This document shows positions 8,873-17,920 of a stretch of DNA of 64,000 nt, one piece after another. The notes beneath the pieces are model-generated. The model did no database searches, was not told where the DNA came from, and saw nothing but the letters and a program-made list of their open reading frames with translations. The DNA is from Bacillota bacterium (GTDB lineage Bacteria; Bacillota; JAAYKD01): contig OY762825.2 in the NCBI GenBank assembly GCA_963666425.2, positions 2,336,001-2,400,000 on the forward strand. Reading direction: 5' to 3'. Every line of letters begins with the position of its first letter. Position 1 is the stretch's first letter. Position numbers and translations under genes: made by a program.

Positions 8873-9309
8873 CGAATCCATATCTTGATATCATCAACCT
8901 GCCGCATCACCGGTCCGCCACTCACCCGCAGATGTCCCCACATGATCGTGCGGCGCAGTTCTCACCTTTTGCGGCCTTGACCGGCTACGGGGACGCTGTT
9001 ACCGAAACCGCTCGCCTGACGGATGCGAAGATCGATCTCGACGAGTACGACAAAGCCGCACTCAATGAGCAGCTCAACCTGATACAGGATACTCTCGATG
9101 AGCAACCGGAAGTCTCCATCACCTATTTTTTACCCGACAAGAAAAAATCCGGTGGCGCGTATATTACCATGCGTATCAGCGGTAGCGTGAAGAAGATTGA
9201 TGCGTATGAACATATCGTCGTAATGTTGGATGCCAAAAGAATACCCTCGTTATGGTTTGGCGATAATAATTGTGAAGAAGATTACGTATCAGTCTTTCCG
9301 AATTCTTAA
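8869..9309 (+). CDS. YolD-like accessory protein; C-terminus replaced by a PhnB N-terminal fragment
   Basis: MSPHDRAAQFSPFAALTGY YolD motif; ATGA overlap with the polymerase; ends IPSLWFGDNNCEE..YVSVFPNS. Confidence 0.85.
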   Translation: MTNPYLDIINLPHHRSATHPQMSPHDRAAQFSPFAALTGYGDAVTETARLTDAKIDLDEYDKAALNEQLNLIQDTLDEQPEVSITYFLPDKKKSGGAYITMRISGSVKKIDAYEHIVVMLDAKRIPSLWFGDNNCEEDYVSVFPNS

Positions 9310-9612
9310 AGAACATCGTAAAATCCAAGCGAAAGCCTGAATGAGCATTTCAAGGGGATGTCCGGTAAAATCATTGCCGCTGAATTTATCCTGAACGGAC
9401 AAAAGTATCTTGCCCTGGATGGCGGACCCTATTTCCATTTCAATGAGGCGATCTCGATGACGATAGAATGTGATGATCAAAAAGAAATCGATTATTTTTG
9501 GGATAAGCTATCACATGTTCAAGAGGCAGAACAATGTGGTTGGGTGAAAGATAAATTTGGGCTTTCATGGCAGATGCTAAAGCGAACGAAGGACGAAATA
9601 TTGGCTAGCAAT
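9241..9612 (+). pseudogene. VOC/PhnB (3-demethylubiquinone-9 3-methyltransferase family) remnant
   Basis: IPSLWF..CEE..YVSVFPNS / KNIVK.PSESLNEHFKGMSGK..LDGGPYFHFNEAIS..CDDQKEIDYFWDKL..CGWVKDKFGLSWQ with several small indels. Confidence 0.8.
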
Positions 9613-9614
9613 AG

Positions 9615-9676
9615 TGTACCAAGGGGACGGGGGTGTTGGCACAACTTTGTGCCAACACCCCCGTCCCCTTGGTACA
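9615..9676. repeat. 62-bp palindromic repeat, copy 4
   Basis: TGTACCAAGGGGACGGGGGTGTTGGCACAA-ct-TTGTGCCAACACCCCCGTCCCCTTGGTACA. Confidence 0.95.
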
Positions 9677-9768
9677 GGAAAAAAGGTTTTTGGGGTTGCG
9701 CGTCAAATTAAAAGGCTGCTCATATCACGGAATTTTTCAATTTTTGATTTCAATTAGGAGGTAGCGCC

Positions 9769-11181
9769 ATGTTTGGCTTACAGACTAAGACGATTGGACA
9801 GGCGGAGAAATCGCAGGTTTCACAGTTGATCACGCTGCTTTTACTGGCGGCTGCTATCATTACTCCCTTGATTATCGTGCCTTACGGTGCCGATTATTTC
9901 TACCAACCCAAAGCAATTTTTCTCTATTTCCTGGCTGTGATCATGCTTTCGGTGGATCTCTATTGTCAGAGAAAGCTCTCGGTGCCAAAGGATGCCATCA
10001 ATATCCTGCTGTTTGTCTACTTGGCGTTGGTGCTTTTGGCTACCTGTTTCTCAACGGATCTGCGTATCTCCATTTTAGGTCGCGTCCGCCGCTGCGACGG
10101 GATTTTTACGATTTACACCTATGCGGTTTTCTTTCTGTTTGCCCGTCATCATTATCACTATCAACCGAAACATCTGGACTGGTTCATTGCATCAGCGACA
10201 CTGCTGTCCGTCTACGGTATTTTTCAGCATTTCGGGCTAGATCCCATCCCGCGCGATTCGCAGCGGATCGGCTGGGGTTTGCGTCCGTTTGTAACCTTCG
10301 GCAATCCGGATTTTTTTGGTGCCTACCTCAGCCTGGTTTTCCCCATAAGCTGGTTTGCCTATCTTGCAACCAAGAAACTGCGTTATTTAGGAGCAGCAGC
10401 ACTGCTTTTCCTTTGCTTCCTCTATGTTTCCACCCGCAGCGCTTGGGTAGGGCTTGCGTTCGGCACACTGTTCCTGCTCTGGTTTGTCTATAGCCTCAAG
10501 CTCAGTAAAAAAGCTTTGCTGCTCAGTCTGTTGGTTTTTGTGCTGCTCTTTGCCGGGGTTAATTACAAAGACGGCGGCAGCATGGTAAACCGCCTGCAGT
10601 CGATTGCGACGGATGCGGCCAAAGTCATCACACAAACAGAAGATTATGAAAAAGCCGGCGCCGGCCGCATTTATATTTGGACCCGTGTCTGGGAATTGAT
10701 CAAAGCACGTCCGTGGCTTGGTTATGGTCCGGAAACTTTGGGTGAGGTTTTTTTGCAAGTCTACCGGGATGACATGCTGGAACATTATCATAAGCTCTAT
10801 CTCTTTGACAAAGCGCATAACGAATATCTGCATATTGCAGTGACTACGGGAATTCCGGCCGCCCTCAGTTATCTTGGTTTTTTGTTCCTCTGTTGCTGGC
10901 AGGTTTGGTTGAAACTTTGGCGTTCGTTTTTGAGCCGTGAGAAACAGAAAAAGCAGGAAGAGGGTTCTTTGCAGACCCTTCCAATTCTCAGAGGAGATTT
11001 GATGACAGCCGGTTTGCTGATCGCAGTCGTTTCTTACTGCGTGCAGGCAGCAATGAACATCAGTGTGGTATCGGTAGGATATTTGTTTTGGATCTTGCTC
11101 GGTATCATGATGAGCGGAAACCTGAATTCTGCCAAAACCATCAGTCCAGAGAGCATGCAAACAGCTGAAATGGGAAAATAA
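9769..11181 (+). CDS. O-antigen ligase family (Wzy_C) membrane protein; candidate O-oligosaccharyltransferase
   Basis: Polytopic membrane protein; TFGNPDF, STRSAW, GRIYIW, RPWLGYG, AHNEYLH motifs; AGGAGG RBS. Confidence 0.88.
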   Translation: MFGLQTKTIGQAEKSQVSQLITLLLLAAAIITPLIIVPYGADYFYQPKAIFLYFLAVIMLSVDLYCQRKLSVPKDAINILLFVYLALVLLATCFSTDLRISILGRVRRCDGIFTIYTYAVFFLFARHHYHYQPKHLDWFIASATLLSVYGIFQHFGLDPIPRDSQRIGWGLRPFVTFGNPDFFGAYLSLVFPISWFAYLATKKLRYLGAAALLFLCFLYVSTRSAWVGLAFGTLFLLWFVYSLKLSKKALLLSLLVFVLLFAGVNYKDGGSMVNRLQSIATDAAKVITQTEDYEKAGAGRIYIWTRVWELIKARPWLGYGPETLGEVFLQVYRDDMLEHYHKLYLFDKAHNEYLHIAVTTGIPAALSYLGFLFLCCWQVWLKLWRSFLSREKQKKQEEGSLQTLPILRGDLMTAGLLIAVVSYCVQAAMNISVVSVGYLFWILLGIMMSGNLNSAKTISPESMQTAEMGK

Positions 11182-11403
11182 GAATTGCACGTATCCTGAA
11201 TTAAATATATGTAAAACGTAATTAATTGCAAAGTCTGTAATAAATAGTATAAAGATATAATTGCACAGAGCCTAATTCATCAGTTTGATAATGTAATGCG
11301 TAATTATGTATAAATATAAGATAAAATAAACAGTAAGTAGACTTATTAGACAATAATATGTATTTATAGATTTAAAGAGGTAAAATTGTTGAATTTTAGA
11401 AAA

Positions 11404-11476
11404 AAAGGAAAGAAGCATAGCGATGGCGAATATATTCTCTATTGAAGAAGGAATTTTTCACACAGATATAGAATTT
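11404..11476 (+). promoter_or_regulatory. Two tandem sigH-like promoters upstream of the pilus operon
   Basis: AAAGGAAAG-12-GGCGAATAT (11404-11433) and GAAGGAATT-12-ATAGAATTT (11447-11476) versus sigH consensus RNAGGAWWW-N11/12-RNNGAATWW. Confidence 0.6.
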
Positions 11477-11551
11477 TAAAAAAAACTGACTTTAACTAAC
11501 GCTCTCATGCAGAAAAAGGCCGTTCATAGAGGCAACGGGGAAGAAAGGGGG

Positions 11552-12613
11552 ATGGGGAGGATGCGTCGTTCCGGGCAGAAAGGGTTTACTTTAATTGAAA
11601 TGGTTGTCGTGATGACGCTCATGGCAATCGTATCCGGATTCGGCTTGCCTGCGGCAACGGCCTACATGGAGCAATCTCAATCGATGCAGATGCAAAATTA
11701 CGCCAAGACGCTCTATTATGCCACCCAATCCGCCCTCACCTATTATAAAAGCGGCGGTCATGCAGATGATCTGAAGCAGCAGATCATCCTGGCCGGAACG
11801 CCGATTGACAGTTACATTTACAATTACCTCGGCAAAACCGATCCGGATTTGTCGGCTAACCAATATTATGCACTGCTTTTGGAAAAAGGAGAAGCAGATC
11901 CTCTTTCCGCCGATGCGAGCTTAATCAAGCAGCTCTGTTCCCCCTATCTCTATGATGCCGCAGTTTTAACGGAAGCGGTTTGCTTGGAGATCGATCTAGA
12001 CAACTACACTGTCTTTGCGGTTTTTTATACAGCCAATCCAAAATTATTATCCTATACGGCAGCTGCTCAGCAGATTTCTCTTTTAGATCGCAGTGAGACT
12101 GCTTTAAGAACAAATCTGTTAGGGATGTATGTGGGGGAGGCGGTTGTCAAATCCTACGCTCTGCAGGAACCGGCTGTCATTGATACAGCGGCAAATCCGG
12201 CGAATTTGTTCGACGGAACCACCGAGGATTATGGTGAATATTGGGCGGTTGAACGCGAAAAAGATGAAATCAGTGTCGATAATCCCATCCCAATCACCAT
12301 GGCTTTCTCGTCTTCTCATATCCGCAGAATCGAAATATCCTGGTACGGCGCCGAGAAAACGTATGACTATAATCTTAGATATCTCAAGAGCAACGGCAGA
12401 TGGGGGCTGGTGAATCAAAGCGGCATCCGGCACGCTTCTGGTTTTGATTACTACGAATTCAGTGATACAACAGAGCAGCTGCGTTTAGAAATCATCGGTC
12501 ATGATCAACTGGATACCGTGTATGGCATTTGGGAGATTAAATTATACAAGCAAATCTTATCGGATAAAGATGTCCTGATCGAAGGAGCGGCCATTGAGGT
12601 GACCATTTCGTAG
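11552..12613 (+). CDS. Large minor pilin with C-terminal discoidin/F5-8 type C-like domain
   Basis: Class III signal QKG|FTLIE; C-terminal ANLFDG...W...ISWY...LRLEI...IWEIKLY pattern; start 11552 or 11561. Confidence 0.8.
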   Translation: MGRMRRSGQKGFTLIEMVVVMTLMAIVSGFGLPAATAYMEQSQSMQMQNYAKTLYYATQSALTYYKSGGHADDLKQQIILAGTPIDSYIYNYLGKTDPDLSANQYYALLLEKGEADPLSADASLIKQLCSPYLYDAAVLTEAVCLEIDLDNYTVFAVFYTANPKLLSYTAAAQQISLLDRSETALRTNLLGMYVGEAVVKSYALQEPAVIDTAANPANLFDGTTEDYGEYWAVEREKDEISVDNPIPITMAFSSSHIRRIEISWYGAEKTYDYNLRYLKSNGRWGLVNQSGIRHASGFDYYEFSDTTEQLRLEIIGHDQLDTVYGIWEIKLYKQILSDKDVLIEGAAIEVTIS

Positions 12614-12678
12614 AATTGCTTGCAATATTGTTCCCTGTGAGGGCAGTTACAGGAATTTAGGATTAAGGGTGTGGGAGA

Positions 12679-13485
12679 ATGAAAATCATCAGTCAGCAAT
12701 ATCAAAACAATTTTCGCCCCGCTCATGCCCGCCGCGGTTCTGCCATGGTCATTATCATCTGCGCCGCTGCATTGTTTTCCGCCATGTCGCTCTCCCTCTT
12801 GTTTTCTTCCGCTACCTTGGCTGCCACGGCCAATCGAAAGATCCTGCGGATGCGAACTTACGAACAGGCTTTGAGTTTCTCCGCTGCCTTTACCAACCAA
12901 CTATCCTCGGAGGATTACGATTCGGAGCTCTGTCAGAGCATCGATAATTTCTTAACGGGTTCCTATCAGGATTATCATTTCGACGACAGTGTCAGCCAAC
13001 AGGAAGCAGCCACCTATACCTTTGCCATGAGCAGCGCTTTACCGGAAGGCTACGGCGAGATCGAATTGATCCTGAGAAAACAGCAGCAAACGATTCATAT
13101 TTTTCTTTCGGATGATAGCTTTGTCGTCAATAACTATTTGCCCAACGGCTTGGGACAGCTCAAAGGGGATCTCTTTTATTATGAAAAGACGCTGAAGGAT
13201 ATCGATTATCTGGCCTGGGTCAGCGTCCGCTGTACGCTGAACGGCGATGATGGCTCTGCCAGCACGGTGGACAGCAAGTTCAAACGCACCGTTAATTATG
13301 TGCCGACTTATTCCTTAGTGCGCGGCGGCATTGCAACGGTAATCTACCACAACGATAATTTCGATTGGTATCTGACCGCCGATTGTTCCGGAAGCATGCT
13401 CAGCCTGCAGGCGAATGATGTGATCGAAGGGGTCTGCACAGAAGAAGGCCGACTCTATTATTATCAGATCACAGGGGTGGACTAA
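12679..13485 (+). CDS. PilX/PilK-like minor pilin
   Basis: RRG|SAMVI prepilin site lacking Glu5, followed by a hydrophobic helix. Confidence 0.7.
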   Translation: MKIISQQYQNNFRPAHARRGSAMVIIICAAALFSAMSLSLLFSSATLAATANRKILRMRTYEQALSFSAAFTNQLSSEDYDSELCQSIDNFLTGSYQDYHFDDSVSQQEAATYTFAMSSALPEGYGEIELILRKQQQTIHIFLSDDSFVVNNYLPNGLGQLKGDLFYYEKTLKDIDYLAWVSVRCTLNGDDGSASTVDSKFKRTVNYVPTYSLVRGGIATVIYHNDNFDWYLTADCSGSMLSLQANDVIEGVCTEEGRLYYYQITGVD

Positions 13486-13486
13486 G

Positions 13487-13810
13487 ATGAGCAAAAAAGG
13501 CACCACGCTGGCGGAAGTGATTATTTGTTTCACACTGCTGGTTCTCCTAATTGCCATGCTCAATGGGGCGATTCAGTTTTCCCATAAAATGATCGTAAAA
13601 GCGGATGAAATCCGCGAAACGGCAGCCGAAATCGCCGTGCAGCTGATCGAGCATACCTACACCAACAACCCCCTGGCCACGGCGCAGCCGGCGAGTGTCA
13701 CGCTTTCCGATGGCAGCTTGACCATGCAGCTCGACCTGACGCTGCAGAACCAAGAAATCGCTGTTGTGGGTGGAACGGTTTATCATTTTCTGGTTTATGC
13801 CGCACCCTAG
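13487..13810 (+). CDS. PilV-like minor pilin
   Basis: KKG|TTLAE prepilin motif. Confidence 0.8.
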   Translation: MSKKGTTLAEVIICFTLLVLLIAMLNGAIQFSHKMIVKADEIRETAAEIAVQLIEHTYTNNPLATAQPASVTLSDGSLTMQLDLTLQNQEIAVVGGTVYHFLVYAAP

Positions 13811-13839
13811 CTTGAGTGCAACCGTAAAGGAGGTGCGTC

Positions 13840-14487
13840 TTGCTGCATCGCATCAAAACAGGCAGGCGTAAGGGGATTACCTTGGTGGAAATGGTTGTGA
13901 CCTCAGTCTTGCTGCTGATGTTTCTCACCTCCATCACTGCTCTGATCGGTCCTTATATCAATAGTTTCTATCGTGTTCAGGATCTGAACAACTGTCAATT
14001 GATGGCGGAGACCATCCTGGAAAGTGTGCGCGATCAGCTCCGGGAAGCGACCAAAATCAATCTGATTTTGAACAGCCAATATAAAGGTCATCTCATTCTT
14101 TATACCGATACCGAAGGCATCTACCGTTTGTTGGAAACCAGCGGAGGCACAAAGAGTGTTTATGATATGAATGGTATCCAAGTTGGATCCGATACTGAAC
14201 TGCAGCCGGGTGAACTCTGGATTTGCTATTACCGGGACCTACCGGATTTAGCAAATGATCCCGGCGCAGAGGATCGGACCCGCGGCATCGAACAAGTCTA
14301 TGGGGATAAGTTTTATGCCGGCAGTCAAATCGCACTGACTTATCAGCCGGTCACCTTCAGCGATGGAGAGAAAACCAGAATTTCTTATGTGACGGTGACA
14401 ATTGAAGTGTGGCGCAGCGAGCGTTTGATTTTTAGCGACAAGGGGGTGATTGATTTGCAGTACAAGCCGATAAGTATCACCGGCTAA
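13840..14487 (+). CDS. PilW-like minor pilin
   Basis: RKG|ITLVE prepilin motif; AGGAGGT RBS before TTG. Confidence 0.82.
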   Translation: MLHRIKTGRRKGITLVEMVVTSVLLLMFLTSITALIGPYINSFYRVQDLNNCQLMAETILESVRDQLREATKINLILNSQYKGHLILYTDTEGIYRLLETSGGTKSVYDMNGIQVGSDTELQPGELWICYYRDLPDLANDPGAEDRTRGIEQVYGDKFYAGSQIALTYQPVTFSDGEKTRISYVTVTIEVWRSERLIFSDKGVIDLQYKPISITG

Positions 14488-14570
14488 AGCACTGCGTAGA
14501 ACTTATCCGGCCACCGTACTGTATCATTATGAATGAAAAAATCACAAAATCAGAAAGGAACTTAATTAAA

Positions 14571-14978
14571 ATGAAGAAGAAAATGAAAAGCAAAAAAGGC
14601 TTTACCCTCGTCGAAATCGTGGTTGTTCTCGTTATCCTGGCGATCTTAGCCGCCATTGCCATCCCCGCTTACACCGGTTATATTGACAAAGCCAATGAAA
14701 GAGCCATTGCCGCCGAGGCTCGTAGCGTCTTAATGGCTGCACAGACATTGGGTTCAGAGGCATACGGACTGAATGCAGTTACTACTTCACAGATTACCAT
14801 TGCTAAAATTGCAGAATTGTCTGAAGCCGATGGTACTATTAAAGTATCATTTAATTCAAAAGGTTTAGTAACAGCATTGAGTTATGCGTCCGGTACTAAA
14901 GTTGCTTCTTATAATGGAGCAACTTGGTCGATTCCAGGCGCCGAATTAGCAGAAGCTCTCACGATTGCTACCCCATAG
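14571..14978 (+). CDS. pilA: Major type IV pilin
   Basis: KKG|FTLVEIVVVLVILAILAAIAIPAY; short mature protein; followed by a hairpin. Confidence 0.88.
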   Translation: MKKKMKSKKGFTLVEIVVVLVILAILAAIAIPAYTGYIDKANERAIAAEARSVLMAAQTLGSEAYGLNAVTTSQITIAKIAELSEADGTIKVSFNSKGLVTALSYASGTKVASYNGATWSIPGAELAEALTIATP

Positions 14979-15020
14979 TAACCTGAAAACAATAACGCAT
15001 CCAATAGGAACGTTTCGCAT

Positions 15021-15052
15021 CCGTCCGGTGGGAATTCTCTCTCACCGGATGG
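15021..15052 (+). terminator. Hairpin after the major pilin (partial terminator or mRNA stabiliser)
   Basis: CCGTCCGGTGGGA-attctc-TCTCACCGGATGG with no long U tract. Confidence 0.55.
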
Positions 15053-15198
15053 TTGGCGTTATGGCCAACTCCTGTCCCTTAAGGCTGCTCACGTCCAGCT
15101 TGTTTTAAAAAAACAAGATTCTCCGCAGGACACAAAATTTGTTTTATGTTTTGCGGAGAATCTTGCTCAGCGCTCATGGTGGAAGGGAAGAAAGTGCT

Positions 15199-16401
15199 AT
15201 GCCAAAATATCAGTATACTGCCTACGATGAAAGCGGGAAAACCCTGCGGGGCCAGGCAGACGCACTGGATGAAAAAGAGCTGTATCGCAAACTGAAAGAA
15301 GACAGTATTTTCATTGTGACGGCCAAAGTTGTGGTGCAGCGCGGCAATCTGCGCCGCTTAAAACCCAAGATCGTGGTGTCTTATTGCCGCGAAATGGGAA
15401 CGCTGCTCAATGCCGGTATTTCTCTGGTGCGCGCTTTGCATATCCTGGCGCAGGAAGAAGAAATCGATCCCTACTCCCGTCTGGTTTTTGAAAATGTGCA
15501 GAACCAAATCCGCCGCGGTGTGGCGCTTTCGGAAGCCATGCGCGCCCAGGGCAGCGCTTTCCCGGAACTCCTGATTCAGATGATTAATGCGGCGGAAAAT
15601 AGCGGCACCATCGACAAGACCATCGCCCGCATGGCGGAGTTTTACGAGAAAGATTACCGCATGAACCAAAAAATCGGCGGCGCTATGACCTATCCGGCTG
15701 TTTTAGCGGTGCTGACCGTGGCCGCTGTGATGGTGATCGTGACCTTTGTGCTGCCGCAGTTCGAATCGATGTTTGCCATGGTCGGTGAACTGCCAACGCC
15801 AACCAAGATCATCTTGGCCATCAGCGATTTTATGAGTAATTACTGGTATTTGGCTTTAGCCGCGGTAGTGTTGTTGGTTTTTGCGGTTAAGCTGATTTTA
15901 CGGGTTCCGCTGGTACAGCTGCGCCTGGATAAGCTGAAAGTGCACGTCAAGGGTTTTAAGAAGATGCTTTGCACCATCTATACCGCCCGTTTTGCCAGGA
16001 CGTTGAGTTCGCTTTATTCCAGCGGTATGCCGATTTTAATGTGCCTGGAGGTTGGCCGCAGCACGGTTGGCAATACTTACATTGCCTCCCAGTTTGATGC
16101 GGTGATCGCCTCGGTCCGGCAGGGCGGCACGCTGGCGCAGGCGGTGGCTATGGTTGATGGCTTTGAAAAGAAATTAGCTTCCACAATTTTTGTGGGAGAA
16201 GAGACCGGTAATCTGGATACAATGCTGAATGTGGTCTCCGACAGCATGGATTACGAGAGCGAGATTGCGGTTGCTAAAATGACCACCATGATTGAGCCGA
16301 TTATGATTATCTTTATGGCGGCAATTATCGGCTTCATCATGATTTCCGTCATGATGCCGATTTTCTCCATGTATTCCGGCATTGAGGGTGGAGCGACTTA
16401 A
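15199..16401 (+). CDS. pilC: Type IV pilus platform protein PilC (T2SS F family)
   Basis: LLNAGISLV, AAENSGT, MTYPAVL, GEETGNLD, MIEPIMI motifs. Confidence 0.95.
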   Translation: MPKYQYTAYDESGKTLRGQADALDEKELYRKLKEDSIFIVTAKVVVQRGNLRRLKPKIVVSYCREMGTLLNAGISLVRALHILAQEEEIDPYSRLVFENVQNQIRRGVALSEAMRAQGSAFPELLIQMINAAENSGTIDKTIARMAEFYEKDYRMNQKIGGAMTYPAVLAVLTVAAVMVIVTFVLPQFESMFAMVGELPTPTKIILAISDFMSNYWYLALAAVVLLVFAVKLILRVPLVQLRLDKLKVHVKGFKKMLCTIYTARFARTLSSLYSSGMPILMCLEVGRSTVGNTYIASQFDAVIASVRQGGTLAQAVAMVDGFEKKLASTIFVGEETGNLDTMLNVVSDSMDYESEIAVAKMTTMIEPIMIIFMAAIIGFIMISVMMPIFSMYSGIEGGAT

Positions 16402-16424
16402 AAAGCAAGCGGTGAGGTGAAAAG

Positions 16425-17321
16425 ATGAGCACGTTACTGTTTTTTGCCAATACGGAGGTATTGGCCATGGAAGGTCGGTTTTTTCGTGATCGGATCACAG
16501 TGAACAAGATCTGCCGCACAGAATTACCGGAGGGTACTTTGATCAACGGCGTCATCCTCAACGAAGCGGAGGTGGCGGTCGCGCTCAAGCAGTTTTTCAA
16601 GAGCAATCGTCTGGGCAGAAAGCGTGTTCAGCTGGTGATCGACAGCACCCAGTTTCAAATCAAGAATATAACCTTGCCACAGATAAAAGAGAAATTGCTG
16701 CTCGCTCTGGTGCAAAATGAATTTACCGGTCTGGATCGTTACCAGGAACCCATGTTTGATTATATGTATTTACAGGCCAACGAGAAGAATCCAAAAATGA
16801 TCGATCTGCTGGCTTGTGTCTGTGAACGCAGCTATATAAAAAGTTATGTCGAATTGTTTGAATCGATTGAAATACAACTGGCTGGTATCAACACGGCCTT
16901 AGGGAGTTTATTGAAACTAATTGAGCTGCTGCCGTTGTTTCGGGAGCGTACCTGCGTGCTGATGGTATTCAGCGGTGAGAATTTGTTCAGTATCTTAATT
17001 CAAAATGGCGCTTATAAGTATTCCAGCCGGATTCGTTTGTTTGCGGAGCGGGGAACGGCGGAATTTGCCACAGCTATTACCCGAGCGCTGTCTTCCATTC
17101 AGCAGTTTCAGATTTCCAATGAGAGCGGCTTCAGTATAACCGATACCTATTTCTGCGGCTGCAGCCAGGCGGATGTGGATGTCTGTCAGGACGGGCTGCA
17201 TGCGCTGCAGTTAACCGCACAATTGCTGCCGGAGAGCGAAGCGGTTGCTTTTCCGGTGGAGGAACCCGGCTGGCAGTTGAGTGATTATGTTTATTTAGTG
17301 GGGGATTTCATCAGGAGGTGA
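16425..17321 (+). CDS. pilM: PilM-like alignment protein
   Basis: ELPEGTLINGVILN motif; position before PilN/PilO. Confidence 0.75.
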   Translation: MSTLLFFANTEVLAMEGRFFRDRITVNKICRTELPEGTLINGVILNEAEVAVALKQFFKSNRLGRKRVQLVIDSTQFQIKNITLPQIKEKLLLALVQNEFTGLDRYQEPMFDYMYLQANEKNPKMIDLLACVCERSYIKSYVELFESIEIQLAGINTALGSLLKLIELLPLFRERTCVLMVFSGENLFSILIQNGAYKYSSRIRLFAERGTAEFATAITRALSSIQQFQISNESGFSITDTYFCGCSQADVDVCQDGLHALQLTAQLLPESEAVAFPVEEPGWQLSDYVYLVGDFIRR

Positions 17322-17326
17322 GCGCC

Positions 17327-17920
17327 ATGGCCTCTTATCGGCAGAAAGAGATCAATTTATACCGGCGATATCAGCAAAACGTCAAACGCAGCTATAGTAA
17401 ATGGCTGATCTATGCCGTTTCGGTGGCGGTCATCCTGATTATTTGTTTTGCCTGGGATGGCTGGCTGGATTGGCGCTGTGCTGAGTTGAGTAAGGAAATT
17501 ACCGAAACTCAAACCTATTTGGCCGACCCGGCGAATCTTCAGGCAAAAGAGACCAGCCAGACCGTCCACAGTCAGCTGGCTGCGGTCAATACAGAAATAA
17601 AAAAATTATCCAAAGCCTTTGCGGCGCTGGAATCATATCCCCATATGAACTCCATGCTGCTCAGTGAAATCGAAGCCTGCGGCGGCGAGACAATTACAAT
17701 TAGCATCACAGGATATCAAGCCTTGTCCGGTAAGTTGGAGTACATTGCGGTTTCCAGTCAGGTGATCGATATCCCTGCTTATATCAAAAGCCTGGAACAA
17801 TCAAATCTTTTTAAAGGCGTCAGTTATACCGGTTACGATTACAACAAAGACAAATATTTTTATCGCATCAATGTCAGCTTTTTCTTGAGCGAAACAGCGG
17901 GTAAGGCGGTGGTGCAATGA
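17327..17920 (+). CDS. pilN: PilN-like alignment protein
   Basis: N-terminal EINL motif, single TM, coiled coil. Confidence 0.75.
   Translation: MASYRQKEINLYRRYQQNVKRSYSKWLIYAVSVAVILIICFAWDGWLDWRCAELSKEITETQTYLADPANLQAKETSQTVHSQLAAVNTEIKKLSKAFAALESYPHMNSMLLSEIEACGGETITISITGYQALSGKLEYIAVSSQVIDIPAYIKSLEQSNLFKGVSYTGYDYNKDKYFYRINVSFFLSETAGKAVVQ

Noticed and set aside
314-9676. Palindromic repeats as a CRISPR array
   Set aside because: Copies are 1-5 kb apart and about 60 bp long, separated by whole genes; no spacer-sized intervals and no cas genes.
196-9768. Intact tRNA-targeted genomic island with attL/attR
   Set aside because: No duplicated tRNA-Lys 3' end was seen by eye and no intact integrase is present; only a recombinase fragment remains.
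10387-11190. Long antisense ORFs (e.g. 10387-11190, 35536-36261, 39252-39935, 49250-49942)
   Set aside because: They lie opposite well-supported genes and have no motifs or RBS; expected shadows at this GC content.
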